This document shows, piece by piece, positions 39,593 to 49,420 of a stretch of DNA of 64,000 bases. The translations under genes were made by a program, and so were the position numbers. Source of the DNA: an uncultured Acidimicrobiia bacterium (lineage in GTDB: Bacteria > Actinomycetota > Acidimicrobiia > Spongiisociales > ZC4RG35); the NCBI GenBank assembly GCA_963761985.1, contig CAVXIT010000003.1, positions 280,342 to 344,341 on the forward strand. The letters are read 5' to 3'. The notes under the pieces are model-generated. The model saw only the letters and a program-made list of their open reading frames with translations. It was not told the origin of the DNA and ran no database searches. The stretch's first letter is position 1, and each line of letters starts with the position of its first letter.

Positions 39593-40362
39593 CTCTTGCC
39601 GAGCCGTTCGACGTAGTGGGCGACGGCCTCCTGATGGGCGTCGGTGTGATGGCTGATCGCCTGCAAAGCCGCTGAATACTCGAGAAATCCGTCGAGGTCC
39701 ATGCTCCGGGCTTGCCGCAGCAGGCGTTTGGTGAGCCGGACCGAATGGCTGGGCTTCTGGGCAATCGAGGTAGCAAGCTCCTGGGCCCGGGCCACGACAT
39801 CGTCGGTCACCTCAAGCAGGATGCCAAGCCGGACCGCTTCCTCGGCGGCTACGGCCCGGCCAGTGAAGGAAAGCTCGGCGGCTCGTTGCCAGCCGAGCTG
39901 GCGGGCGAGGAGCCAGGCTCCGCCGTCTCCCGGAATGATGCCGAGATCAACGAATGAGTGGGAGAAGCGGGCGGCCGGCGAGCCCAGCCGCAGGTCGCAG
40001 CCGAGCACCAAATCGAACCCGGCGCCGACGGCCGGCCCGTTGACCGCAGCGATCGTGACCAGGTCAGTGTCAGCCAGGGTTCTGGTAAGCCGCTGGATGC
40101 TCGCCCGATAGCCCTCGAGGATCTCTTCGGGAGTTCCGGCAAAGAGCCCTTTCCTCGCGGCCATGTCCTTGATGTTGCCGCCTGCGGAGAATGCGGTGCC
40201 GGCGCCGGTTATCACGAGTGCCTGTGCCTCGGTGGCGGCCATTTCGATACTGCTGACGATGGCGTCGAGCATCTCGACCCCGGTCAACGCGTTGCGAGTC
40301 TCCGGCTCGTTGAGGACCAACAGCCCGACTCTGCTGTCGAGGGTGAGATCGGCTGCGCTCAC
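39583..40362 (-). CDS. Enoyl-CoA hydratase/isomerase
   Basis: NEPETRNAL, FSAGGN, VNGPAVGAG and LGIIPGDGGAW motifs. Confidence 0.9.
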   Translation of the reverse strand: MSAADLTLDSRVGLLVLNEPETRNALTGVEMLDAIVSSIEMAATEAQALVITGAGTAFSAGGNIKDMAARKGLFAGTPEEILEGYRASIQRLTRTLADTDLVTIAAVNGPAVGAGFDLVLGCDLRLGSPAARFSHSFVDLGIIPGDGGAWLLARQLGWQRAAELSFTGRAVAAEEAVRLGILLEVTDDVVARAQELATSIAQKPSHSVRLTKRLLRQARSMDLDGFLEYSAALQAISHHTDAHQEAVAHYVERLGKSET

Positions 40363-41141
40363 CAACCAACTCTCGCCGCGGCCTCGCGAAAGGCTCGGGC
40401 CGCGGAGGGGTCGACGGGATTGGCGGCGATGCCCTGGTGTTTCAAGGCCGAGCCGACAACGACGCCATTGGCGAACGTGGCGAGTTCGCGGAGATTTTCG
40501 ATCCTGGCCCCCGACCCGACGTAAATGGGTGCGTCCCCAACTGCTTTGCGCAGTCGGCGTCCATCGTCGGGGTCGGCGGGCAGACCGGTTCCGCTTCCCG
40601 ACACGATCAGTACATCGGCGCCGCCTCGCTCCCACGTGTCGAGCCCCGCCTGTTCGAGCCCCAGACCTGGGGGTGGGGTGGCGTGCTTCACCAGCACGTC
40701 GGCCATGATCTTGACGTCCGGGCACCACTCCTTGCGACGCCGGGCGAGCTCGTTCGCCTGACCAACAATCGGACCTTGGTCGGTGTACATCAGGCCGGAG
40801 AGGACATTGACCCGGATGAAAGAGGCGCCGGTTGCCGCGGCGATCGCCAAAGCTCCAATCCCGTCATTGCGAAGGACGTTGACTCCAACCTGGCCGCTCG
40901 TTGCATCGAGCACCGAGCTCATGACCCGGGTGAGCGCAGCAATGGTGATGGGAGGCACGGTCGAAGCATGAAAGGGGACGTCGCCGAAGTTCTCGATCAT
41001 CAGCGCTCCGAACCCTGCTTCCTCGAGCGCGGTGGCGTCCGCCAGGGCCTGTTCGACCAGCCGATCAAAATTGTTGTTGAAACGAGGGGAGCCGGGGAGC
41101 GGGCCGAGATGCACCATCCCTATCAGGGATGGCAGGGTCAT
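40359..41141 (-). CDS. BtpA/SgcQ family protein
   Basis: IGMVHLGPLPGSP, ENFGDVPF, GVNVLRND and ADVLVKHA motifs. Confidence 0.92.
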   Translation of the reverse strand: MTLPSLIGMVHLGPLPGSPRFNNNFDRLVEQALADATALEEAGFGALMIENFGDVPFHASTVPPITIAALTRVMSSVLDATSGQVGVNVLRNDGIGALAIAAATGASFIRVNVLSGLMYTDQGPIVGQANELARRRKEWCPDVKIMADVLVKHATPPPGLGLEQAGLDTWERGGADVLIVSGSGTGLPADPDDGRRLRKAVGDAPIYVGSGARIENLRELATFANGVVVGSALKHQGIAANPVDPSAARAFREAAARVGW

Positions 41142-41872
41142 AGGTAGGCGCGTACTACTTCGAGCGCGGTCTCGGCAACTTCACCGGTGGCCTTCAGGTT
41201 CTTGGCGTCCTTGCGCTTGATGCGATGAACCGCCAATCGAGCCCACTCGCCAGCCGGACCTTTGATCACCTGATCGGTATCGGCGGGACCGTAAACCCAT
41301 TTGGAATATCCAGGACCCATGACTTCGACCCGGACCGGCGAGTAATCCATGTCAGCGCTCTTGAACGCATAGGGCAGCGTCTTCCAACCGAGAAAACAAA
41401 TGTGCCTGATACGGGGAGTGTCTTCGGGCTGAAATTTCATCGCCGCATATATGTCAAGGCCGTGAGCCCAGTTCTCCATCATCCCCATGGTCGCAAAGGT
41501 CCGAGCCGACATCGATCCTGCAATCCACTCGATCCGCTCCTCGCCGTTCATCTGAGACAGAGGCTCGACCACTTTGGCCCGGCCGCCCCGCCACCATTCG
41601 ATCACGTCCTGGTAACGCATCTTGCGGCCCTTTTTCACTGCCGCCTGGCGGAGGGCATCGAGGTCGGGAGCGACCCGGTACGCCTCGATTCTGCTGCCCC
41701 CGTTCAGCGCATCCGCAGAGAGTTCGGCCGAGTCGGCCAGGTGGCTGATGGTGTCCCGGATCGACCAACCCTTGGCCGGAGTCGGCTTCTCCCAGTCCTT
41801 GGCCCCAATTTTCTGGAGGAACTGGTCGAGAAACTGCTGCTCAGCGACGAGGTCCGAGAGGAGGTCACGCAC
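41138..41872 (-). CDS. Mycothiol-dependent maleylpyruvate isomerase family protein (TIGR03084-like)
   Basis: PTPAKGWSIRDTISHLA, MENWAHGLD and LGWKTLPYAF motifs. Confidence 0.85.
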   Translation of the reverse strand: MRDLLSDLVAEQQFLDQFLQKIGAKDWEKPTPAKGWSIRDTISHLADSAELSADALNGGSRIEAYRVAPDLDALRQAAVKKGRKMRYQDVIEWWRGGRAKVVEPLSQMNGEERIEWIAGSMSARTFATMGMMENWAHGLDIYAAMKFQPEDTPRIRHICFLGWKTLPYAFKSADMDYSPVRVEVMGPGYSKWVYGPADTDQVIKGPAGEWARLAVHRIKRKDAKNLKATGEVAETALEVVRAYL

Positions 41873-41929
41873 AAACCGAATTGTAGTCCCAGTCGCGAAA
41901 TTGAAATTCGGCCCAATTCCAGCGGCTCG

Positions 41930-43030
41930 CTACCAGGGCCGTTCGGCTTGTTCCTCCACAAAGGGGTCGGGGGGCTTGACGGTTGAGGGAGTGATCACGA
42001 GCGAATTGAGCCGATCGATCAGCTGGCGCAGCCGACCGTAGCTCCTGCGGTCGAAATTCAACGACAAGCGCTCGCATTCGAGGGCGTCCTTGTCTTTGGT
42101 CTCCGCCGGGGAGGGCTCGGTCCGGTTGATCGATCCTGAGGCGAGGAGATCTGCGAATTCCTCGTTCAACTCGGCCAGTGTCTTGTCATCAGGGCCGGTG
42201 TGGATGCGCAAGACCAGCCGGCCTCCGACATAACGCTGCGAGTGATAGTTGGAGTAGAAATTGAGAATGTGCTCGACCGCGTCGTCAGCGTCGCTGGTCA
42301 GCATGAAGAGGGACATGTCTTCGGGTGCGATCATCCCTTTTTCGATCAAGACGTTGGCGCAGAACTCGAGCAATGGCGGCCAGTAGCCGGTCCCTGGCGC
42401 TTCAAGCAGGACGATCGGATGAAGGTCGCTCTTTCCGGTTTGGACCAGGGTGAAGAGCTCGAAAGACTCATCGAGGGTTCCGAAGCCGCCGGGGCAAAGG
42501 ACAAATGCCGCCGACTCCTTGATAAAGGTCAGTTTGCGCGTGAAGAAGTACTTGAAGTTGACCATTCGCTTGGGATCGATTGCCCCGACTGGATCCGGTT
42601 CGAACGGCAAGCGAATGTTGACTCCGTACGCGTGGTCGAGACCGGCTCCGAGGGCACCGGCTTCCATGATCCCGGGCCCGGCCCCGGTGATCACCCCCCA
42701 ACCCTTGTCCGCCATCTTCGCGGCGAGCGATTCGGCCAAGACATAGTTGGGATCATCGGCGCGCAGGCGTGCGGAGCCGAAGATCGTGACCTTGGGTTCG
42801 TCGTGAGGGGCGAACAGCCGCATCGAGTAGCGCATCTCTTTAAGGGCGGTGTTGACCAATTTGAGGTCACCCCGTTCGGCGCGATCGCGATGAAGCTTCA
42901 GGATCGTCGTGACCATTTCGGCGATCAGATCGTGGTTCTCACCCGCGACGGCTGAGGGTGCCGCGTCGACGATCAACTGCCGAACCTGTTCGTTCAGTTC
43001 GGGTCGCCCCAGGTCGTATTGCTTGGTCGT
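41930..43030 (-). CDS. LOG family protein (TIGR00730-like nucleotide monophosphate nucleosidase); start uncertain (ACG 43030 or TTG 42976)
   Basis: VTIFGSAR, ITGAGPGIMEA, FKYFFTRK and PGGFGTLDE motifs. Confidence 0.88.
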   Translation of the reverse strand, partial: TTKQYDLGRPELNEQVRQLIVDAAPSAVAGENHDLIAEMVTTILKLHRDRAERGDLKLVNTALKEMRYSMRLFAPHDEPKVTIFGSARLRADDPNYVLAESLAAKMADKGWGVITGAGPGIMEAGALGAGLDHAYGVNIRLPFEPDPVGAIDPKRMVNFKYFFTRKLTFIKESAAFVLCPGGFGTLDESFELFTLVQTGKSDLHPIVLLEAPGTGYWPPLLEFCANVLIEKGMIAPEDMSLFMLTSDADDAVEHILNFYSNYHSQRYVGGRLVLRIHTGPDDKTLAELNEEFADLLASGSINRTEPSPAETKDKDALECERLSLNFDRRSYGRLRQLIDRLNSLVITPSTVKPPDPFVEEQAERPW

Positions 43031-43065
43031 GTCGTGCCTTCCCGGGCGAACCGTAGTCTTTCGAC

Positions 43066-44709
43066 GTGGTCAGCCAGGCACTGGAATCATTGGCGGAGAG
43101 CCTCGAAAGACGGGCCGCCAACGCTCCCTCCCCGCCCAAATCCGAAAAGGCCACGAGACTCGCTCGACACATCCGCGATTTCCTCTTGCCGCGTGCCGCC
43201 GACCTGAGCTCTCCATTGATCGTCGTCCTGCTCGGTTCGACGGGGGCTGGGAAGTCGAGCCTGTTCAATGCCATCGCCGGCCGACGGGTCAGCGAGTCGG
43301 GGCTGCTTCGACCAACGACCCGGCAGGCGGTTGCCCTGGTCAATCCGGCCGACGATGGGGGCCTCCGGCTCCCGGAGGTGCGTGTGGTGTCTGATCCGCT
43401 GACACCGCCAGGCCTGGTGTTGGTCGATTCACCCGACTTCGACTCGGTCGAGCTGGCCAATCGCAAGCTCGCCCTGGACTTGCTGGAAGCAGCCGATCTC
43501 ATCATCTTCGTCACGACCGTCACCCGCTATGCGGACTTTGTGCCGTGGACCGTGCTCGCCCGCGCCAACGAGCGCGGCGTTCCGATGCTCGCAGTGATCA
43601 ATCGGATGCCGGCAGAGGTCGAGGACGCGCGGGCCGTCATGGATGACTACCGGCGGTTGCTGGTCGGTGGCGACATCGAAAAGTTGGGTGCGTTTGGGAA
43701 TCTCGAGGTGGTCGCGGTCGAAGAAGGGGCTCTGGATCGAAATATCGACGGCCTGGCCCGCGCGGCGATCAGTCCGATCCTGGGGGCGATCGAAAGGCTG
43801 CAAAGCGACACCGAGGCACGCAAGGAAATCGCGCGCCGGGCGCTCAAGGCTGCCCTCGACAGCTTGCCGGAGAGTGTGGAACAGATTGCACACGAAGTTG
43901 CGGCCGAGGAGGAGGCGGCGGCGACGATGGTCAGGAAAGCGGAGGAAAATTACCGGCGCGGGCTCGCAGAGCTGGAAGGCGAGATTGCCAGTGGCACCCT
44001 TCTGCGAGGTGAAGTCTTGCGTCAGTGGCTGGACTTCGTCCGGGCCGGTCCCACCGCACGCTTTCTCTCGGAAGGTATTGGCCGCATCGCCACCAGTCTC
44101 CGCAACCTCTTCCGACCTCAGCCGGCGGTGCCGGCGCCCGACGTTCGTGAAGCGGCCTTCGCCGATCTGATTGCATCGGCGATCCGCCAGGCCGACGAGG
44201 CGGCACGCAGAACGGCGAACTCCTGGGCGGAGGACGAATACGGGTCCGCTGCTCTGGCCCGTCAGCCTGACCTGTGGGGAAGCCGATCGAATCTTGGAAC
44301 GGTCTTGCAGGAAAGCCTGAATCGGTGGGTCGATCGGATCGCCGACGAGATCGCCGTCGTTGGTCAACAACGCAAGGGCTGGGCCCAGGCCGCAACGATC
44401 GGTCTCAACGTTCTCGGAACCAGCGTGATGCTCGCCGTTTTCGTCCATACCGGTGGCCTGACCGGAGCCGAAATCGGGATCGGAGCAGGGACAGCGGTCG
44501 TAAATCAAAAGCTCTTGGAAGCGATCTTCGGCGAGGCCAATGTCGCCGCCTTCGTCAAGCAAGCCCGCGACCGGCTTCATGAAGAACTGCGGCGGGCTTT
44601 CGAAGGCGAGAAGGATCGCTTCGTGGCTGCGCTCGGTCGGGTTGGCAGCGGCGGGCTCGCGGCAACCCTCCGTGCGGAGGCAAAGGCTGCCAAAGCTGCG
44701 TTCTCGTGA
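43066..44709 (+). CDS. Dynamin-like GTPase A
   Basis: G1 GSTGAGKS, G2 RPTT, G3 DSPD and G4 NRM, followed by a long helical region and a hydrophobic hairpin (VMLAVFVHTGGLTGAEIG). Confidence 0.85.
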   Translation: MVSQALESLAESLERRAANAPSPPKSEKATRLARHIRDFLLPRAADLSSPLIVVLLGSTGAGKSSLFNAIAGRRVSESGLLRPTTRQAVALVNPADDGGLRLPEVRVVSDPLTPPGLVLVDSPDFDSVELANRKLALDLLEAADLIIFVTTVTRYADFVPWTVLARANERGVPMLAVINRMPAEVEDARAVMDDYRRLLVGGDIEKLGAFGNLEVVAVEEGALDRNIDGLARAAISPILGAIERLQSDTEARKEIARRALKAALDSLPESVEQIAHEVAAEEEAAATMVRKAEENYRRGLAELEGEIASGTLLRGEVLRQWLDFVRAGPTARFLSEGIGRIATSLRNLFRPQPAVPAPDVREAAFADLIASAIRQADEAARRTANSWAEDEYGSAALARQPDLWGSRSNLGTVLQESLNRWVDRIADEIAVVGQQRKGWAQAATIGLNVLGTSVMLAVFVHTGGLTGAEIGIGAGTAVVNQKLLEAIFGEANVAAFVKQARDRLHEELRRAFEGEKDRFVAALGRVGSGGLAATLRAEAKAAKAAFS

Positions 44710-46286
44710 AGGATTTCTTACAGCTCAGGCAAGCGGCCGACGCTGCTCTCGACCTCGGATTGGAAGACGATGCTCGCCGGGCCGAGCATGTCCTCAGTGA
44801 GGTCGAAGGCCGAATGGGTTTCGAGGGCACTGCCTATGTCCTTGCGCTCGCCGGAGGCACGGGGGTCGGCAAGTCATCGCTGCTCAACGCGCTGGCCGGC
44901 AGCCCCGTGAGTGAAGTAAGCCCGCTCCGTCCCACGACCTCGCGACCTCTCGCCTGGGTGGCGGCGAGCCAACGCGTGGAAGTAGCGCCTTTGCTCGAAT
45001 GGCTGGGGGTCGAAGCAGTGATCACGCACGATCGCGAGGAGCTTTCGGGCATGGTGATCCTCGATCTCCCGGATTTCGACAGTGTCGCAGTCGACCATCG
45101 CGCCACGGTTGATCGCCTGCTCCCGCGCATCGACTCGATGTTGTGGGTGGTCGATACCGAGAAATACGACGACGAGCTGCTCCACGCTTATCTCCGGGAT
45201 CTGACTCCGCACGCCGAGCGAATTGGCTTTGTCTTCAACAAGTCGGACCGCCTCGACACCGACGGTCAAAAGCTCGTTGGGGAAGACTTTCGCCGTCGAC
45301 TCCGCTCGGCCGGATATCCCCGGCCCGACCTGTTCATCGTGTCGGCGAAGACGGGCGATGGTGTAGAGCCGCTGGTCAATGCATTGCGCCGACGGGCCGA
45401 CGACAAGGAGCTCGTCGTGAAGAAACTGGAAGCGGACCTCGGTTCAAGCCTGGTCGAGCTGGCTGCGGCGGCGGGCGTCGACAAGAGCTATGCCCCACTG
45501 GTCGATGACCGCGAACGAGAATCGGCGACAGCGGACGCGGTGCGAGGAGCGCTGGCAATAGTCGACCCCGAAGGCGTGGCGGCTCAAGTGAGGGCGGCTG
45601 TGCTCTACCGGGCCCGCCGCCAGGGCGGCTCGTTACTCGCTCGAGTCCTGGCGTTGTTAAGCAATTTGACTGGCACCCGCCGCAAGTCGGCCGATCCAGC
45701 GGGATTTTTGTTGGCGTGGAATCAACGCGGATCGCTGGGCCACGTTCTCAATCCCGTCCGCCGCCTTTTGGTCGACTCGGTTTCGAGGCTGCCCGGGCGA
45801 GCCCGACCGGGAGTCATGAGAAAACTTGACCTCCCCGACCTCGAAGCTCGGCTAACTAAATCGATCGACGGGGCCGTTCGATCGGCCCGGAACGACCTCG
45901 AAGTGGCCCGCTCGATGCTCTGGGTTCTCGTGGGAGTGCTGCAACTGATCCTCGGTGCCGCGTTCCTTTTTGCTGTCGCCTGGTACCTCACCTTGATCTT
46001 CGGCCCGGGGAGCTTGCCGGTGGGCACGGTCGAGATTCCTTACCTGGGCCCTGTTCCGATCCCTCTCGCTCTCATCGTCGGTTCCCTGGTCGCCAGCCTG
46101 CTGCTCGGGCTATTGCTCAATCTTCATGCCAGCTGGATCGGCCGGCGGCGGGGTGCCAGGGTCGCTTCGGCGGTTCGAACTGCGATCGAGTCGACGATCG
46201 GGGAAACGGCCTTCCGACCGCTCGATCAGATCGAAGCGGCGCGCCGCCGGATCTCCGAAGCTAGTTCTGGAACGGGGCTCCGGTAG
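44706..46286 (+). CDS. Dynamin-like GTPase B with two C-terminal TM helices
   Basis: GGTGVGKS, RPTT, DLPD and NKSD motifs. GTGA overlap with GTPase A. Confidence 0.85.
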   Translation: MKDFLQLRQAADAALDLGLEDDARRAEHVLSEVEGRMGFEGTAYVLALAGGTGVGKSSLLNALAGSPVSEVSPLRPTTSRPLAWVAASQRVEVAPLLEWLGVEAVITHDREELSGMVILDLPDFDSVAVDHRATVDRLLPRIDSMLWVVDTEKYDDELLHAYLRDLTPHAERIGFVFNKSDRLDTDGQKLVGEDFRRRLRSAGYPRPDLFIVSAKTGDGVEPLVNALRRRADDKELVVKKLEADLGSSLVELAAAAGVDKSYAPLVDDRERESATADAVRGALAIVDPEGVAAQVRAAVLYRARRQGGSLLARVLALLSNLTGTRRKSADPAGFLLAWNQRGSLGHVLNPVRRLLVDSVSRLPGRARPGVMRKLDLPDLEARLTKSIDGAVRSARNDLEVARSMLWVLVGVLQLILGAAFLFAVAWYLTLIFGPGSLPVGTVEIPYLGPVPIPLALIVGSLVASLLLGLLLNLHASWIGRRRGARVASAVRTAIESTIGETAFRPLDQIEAARRRISEASSGTGLR

Positions 46287-47256
46287 GGCCGCGGCGGACG
46301 ACGGCGTTCCAAACCGTCTCGTAGTGGTCGCGGTCGAAGGCGTCGACATGGGGCAGCACGAACGCTTCCCAGGCACGCCGCAGCGGATCGGTCTCGTCCC
46401 GGTAGACGCGCAAGCCAGTGGGGATCCGATCAAGGACGGAGCGGAGAGAAAGCGGCGACTCGACTCGTGTGGAGGCGTCGGGCACAACGAAGGAGGCGTT
46501 GACTTCCACTGCGAGCCGTGAGATAGCTTCGACCAAGTCCTCGCGCAGAGACGGGTAGCGGCGTTTCAACATTGCCTGGACCTGCTCGCCGCCGGGGAAG
46601 TCCTTTTCCCAAATCACCCAGCGGTCGGCAAAGGCCTTGTTTAACGTTTGCGTCCCGGCGTAATCGCGGATGTCGGTCGGGTTCATCGTTCCGAAGACGC
46701 GAACGTCCGGACGTAAACGCACCGTTTCCCCGTTGGGGAGATCGAGAGCCCCGTAGCGGTCGAGAAGCCCATGCAAGGCAAAGAGAGTCTCTGCTCCTGC
46801 CGCGTTCAACTCGGAGAGATTGAGCAGCGCCGGTCCGCGCAGTGCCCGGGTGATGTCGCCATCCTCCCAACGGCTCTCCGTTCCCCCCTTGCCATCCCCA
46901 TGAAGTCTGGTCGAACCGATCAAGGTGACATCGCGGACCTCACCGGTCAGCGGAATCCGGTAGTAGGGGAGTCCGAGCTGGGCGGCGAACTGCTCGATGT
47001 CATGGTCTTTGCCGGTCCCCATGTGACCGCGCACGGCCAAGTGGAGCGGAGCAAAACCCTCGGGATCCGAGCGGCGCACTGCTTCTACCTGGGCAAAGCG
47101 GTAGAGCATGCCGAGGTCCACGTAGTGCGGGTCGGGCACCGGGATCTTGCCGTTTCTCTGTTTGGAGTCGGCCACCTTTTGGTCGACGGCGAACTTATCC
47201 AAGGTGATGGAAGGTCCCGACCCCGTGGGATCCTCGAAGGTCACTTTCTCAGGCAC
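46261..47256 (-). CDS. MoxR-type (CbbQ/NorQ/CobS-like) AAA+ ATPase with atypical Walker motifs
   Basis: GHMGTGKD, WEDGDITRA, LLNLSELN, FGTMNP, YAGTQTLNKAFADRW and SLR motifs. Confidence 0.88.
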   Translation of the reverse strand: MPEKVTFEDPTGSGPSITLDKFAVDQKVADSKQRNGKIPVPDPHYVDLGMLYRFAQVEAVRRSDPEGFAPLHLAVRGHMGTGKDHDIEQFAAQLGLPYYRIPLTGEVRDVTLIGSTRLHGDGKGGTESRWEDGDITRALRGPALLNLSELNAAGAETLFALHGLLDRYGALDLPNGETVRLRPDVRVFGTMNPTDIRDYAGTQTLNKAFADRWVIWEKDFPGGEQVQAMLKRRYPSLREDLVEAISRLAVEVNASFVVPDASTRVESPLSLRSVLDRIPTGLRVYRDETDPLRRAWEAFVLPHVDAFDRDHYETVWNAVVRRGPTGAPFQN

Positions 47257-49333
47257 TGATTAACTCCCTAGGTGTTGCAGATTTCTGTGGACGGAGCCAC
47301 CAGGTGTCCATGCCCCACAGCGAAAGACCGCGCCGCAAGGCGCCACGGGTGCCGTCGATCATGGCTCTGGTCAACGCCTCGGGCCGGTTGACGGTTTCGA
47401 AGCGGTGATAGGCCCCGGTGGCGGTGTCGTCGCCGATTCCAATTCCAAGCACCGTGGTGCCGGAGCGTTCGACTGCGGTGACTGCCGAGCTGAGCGCCTC
47501 GACCGAGCCGCGAGTCATGCCGTCGGCGAGGACGACGAGCACCCGGACCTGGGCGCCGAGCTTGGCCATGCGCTCGGCGGCATGAATGACGTTGAACTCG
47601 TCGACGTTGGCCGCTCGCTCGAACAGTGACACAGGCGGGCAGGTTCGTGGATCGCGCCGCGCGGCCAGAGCTGCTTTGGCCGGCTCCGACGCGGTCCAGA
47701 ACATTCCGGCGAGGACCGGCTCGGCTTCGCGCCATCGCCGGTCAAACGACTTGACCAGGTAATGATTGACGGTCGTTGTAAGTCGTGCCGACGCCGAGCC
47801 GTGGGTCTGGCGGAGACCTGCCGCGGCCTGACTGGCCGAGCGGGTGTAGGTCCATTCGGTGTCGTTGGGCCGGGTGGCAAAGCCACGGTTGAAGAGCGCC
47901 ACTTCGAAATCGACCTGGAGCTCATGACAGAGGCGGGCGAGAGTCGTGGCGCCGAGCAGGGCCGCGGCCATGCCCCACGGCCGGCGATCGGGATTGCGAG
48001 GCTGCAGCATCGACGCGGAGGCATCGACGAGAAGGCTCACCGCGTACGAACGTCGGGTCCGTGAGGCGCGTCGTTCATACATGCGGTCATAGAGACCGGC
48101 ACCGATGAAGAGGGCGGCATGAGGGGAAACGTCGCCCTGGTCGTAGCCGGACCGCAATCCCCGCCGCTGGTTCGCAGCGAAGAGAGGGTAGAGCTCACCC
48201 GAAACCTGGCGTTGGGCGACACCCCACTTTCGGGCCGCCGCGTCCATCGCCGCCAGGCCATCGGCGGCAAATCGTGCGAACGTTGTCGGCGCGGCAGTGA
48301 CCACGAGCTTTCCGCCCATGCCAGTAGGCAAGTAGACGGTGGGAGCCTCGCTGACTCTCAGCAGTTGGTCCGTCGAGGCCTCGCCGGCCAGCTCGGAGGC
48401 GCCCTTCTTGTCTGAGTCACCGGCGCGAGCCTCGGCCACGCGCTGGACGTCGTGGTAACTGTCGGTGTTCCTCAACACGGGACTCGGCAGGCGGACCAGG
48501 TCAGCCCCGTCGGCCGCGGCCTCAGCATCCACCTTCTGCACCATTCGTTTTTGGGCCTGGGTGCCTTCCTCCCTAACCGAGGTCAAGAGACCGTGTGCCC
48601 GGGCAATCTCATGGAGGGCTAGAGCATGCTTGGCGACCTCGCGAGGATCCGTTTCGTTGCCCGCCTTGACACAAATCGGATAGGCGTCGGCCAGCGCTTG
48701 CTGCGCGCGGGAATTGAGGCGGCGCTCAAGCGCTTCGCGTTCGATGTAGCTACCGCAGTAGAGAAAGCAACCGAGGGTGAACTGACCGAGCGGGCCCGAC
48801 TTCGAGATCGCGAACGAGAGCGCAGATAAGTAGAGGTCGATGAGAACCGACCGCACCCCGGGATAGTTGACCAGGCCCTGCACCTCCTGGCGCGCGTCTT
48901 CGAGATTGAAGAACAGGATCTCGGCGACCGGTCCACCCTCGCGGGCAAGAAAGTCGAGGAGGTCCTCCTCACCGTTTAGCGCTCCATTCGTCTCATCGGG
49001 GCCGAACGGCTCATCAAAGTTCGTGGAGAGAAGGTGGACCACCTCGTGCATGGCGGAGGCGAGCGCCATCTCCGGGGCCGTGACGGGAGCTTCGCGGTTG
49101 GTGGCAGCCTGGAAGAGTCGAGGATCGCAGACCACCTCATCGTTTGTGACCGCTGCTGCGGGCCCCAAGACAACGCGGAGCTTGGGATTGTCGGCCAGCG
49201 AACGAGCGAAGCGAGTGACGGCCGGGGCAACGGCCTGGTAGCGCGATACCACCGCTTCGATGGCTTGCTCCTCGGGCGGGAGCATCTCGCGGAGGAATGA
49301 CGATCTCACCCCGGGCTGCTGACGGACGCGCAT
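47249..49333 (-). CDS. vWA-domain protein with N-terminal HExxH metallopeptidase-like domain (CobT/NorD-like)
   Basis: HEVVH...NLEDARQE...YPG, then the MIDAS motif LLVDASASM, VLADG and GIGIG. Confidence 0.85.
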   Translation of the reverse strand: MRVRQQPGVRSSFLREMLPPEEQAIEAVVSRYQAVAPAVTRFARSLADNPKLRVVLGPAAAVTNDEVVCDPRLFQAATNREAPVTAPEMALASAMHEVVHLLSTNFDEPFGPDETNGALNGEEDLLDFLAREGGPVAEILFFNLEDARQEVQGLVNYPGVRSVLIDLYLSALSFAISKSGPLGQFTLGCFLYCGSYIEREALERRLNSRAQQALADAYPICVKAGNETDPREVAKHALALHEIARAHGLLTSVREEGTQAQKRMVQKVDAEAAADGADLVRLPSPVLRNTDSYHDVQRVAEARAGDSDKKGASELAGEASTDQLLRVSEAPTVYLPTGMGGKLVVTAAPTTFARFAADGLAAMDAAARKWGVAQRQVSGELYPLFAANQRRGLRSGYDQGDVSPHAALFIGAGLYDRMYERRASRTRRSYAVSLLVDASASMLQPRNPDRRPWGMAAALLGATTLARLCHELQVDFEVALFNRGFATRPNDTEWTYTRSASQAAAGLRQTHGSASARLTTTVNHYLVKSFDRRWREAEPVLAGMFWTASEPAKAALAARRDPRTCPPVSLFERAANVDEFNVIHAAERMAKLGAQVRVLVVLADGMTRGSVEALSSAVTAVERSGTTVLGIGIGDDTATGAYHRFETVNRPEALTRAMIDGTRGALRRGLSLWGMDTWWLRPQKSATPRELISA

Positions 49334-49420
49334 AAGCCTTCATTGTCTCACCCGAGTCAACTCGGGCGAGACAACTTGAGCTCGTTACCTTGGATTCGAG
49401 GGTCCTTACACTCCCCGGCG

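Noticed and set aside
42981-42992. LexA-like site CGAACCTGTTCG
   Set aside because: The spacer is only 2 nt and it lies in probable coding sequence.
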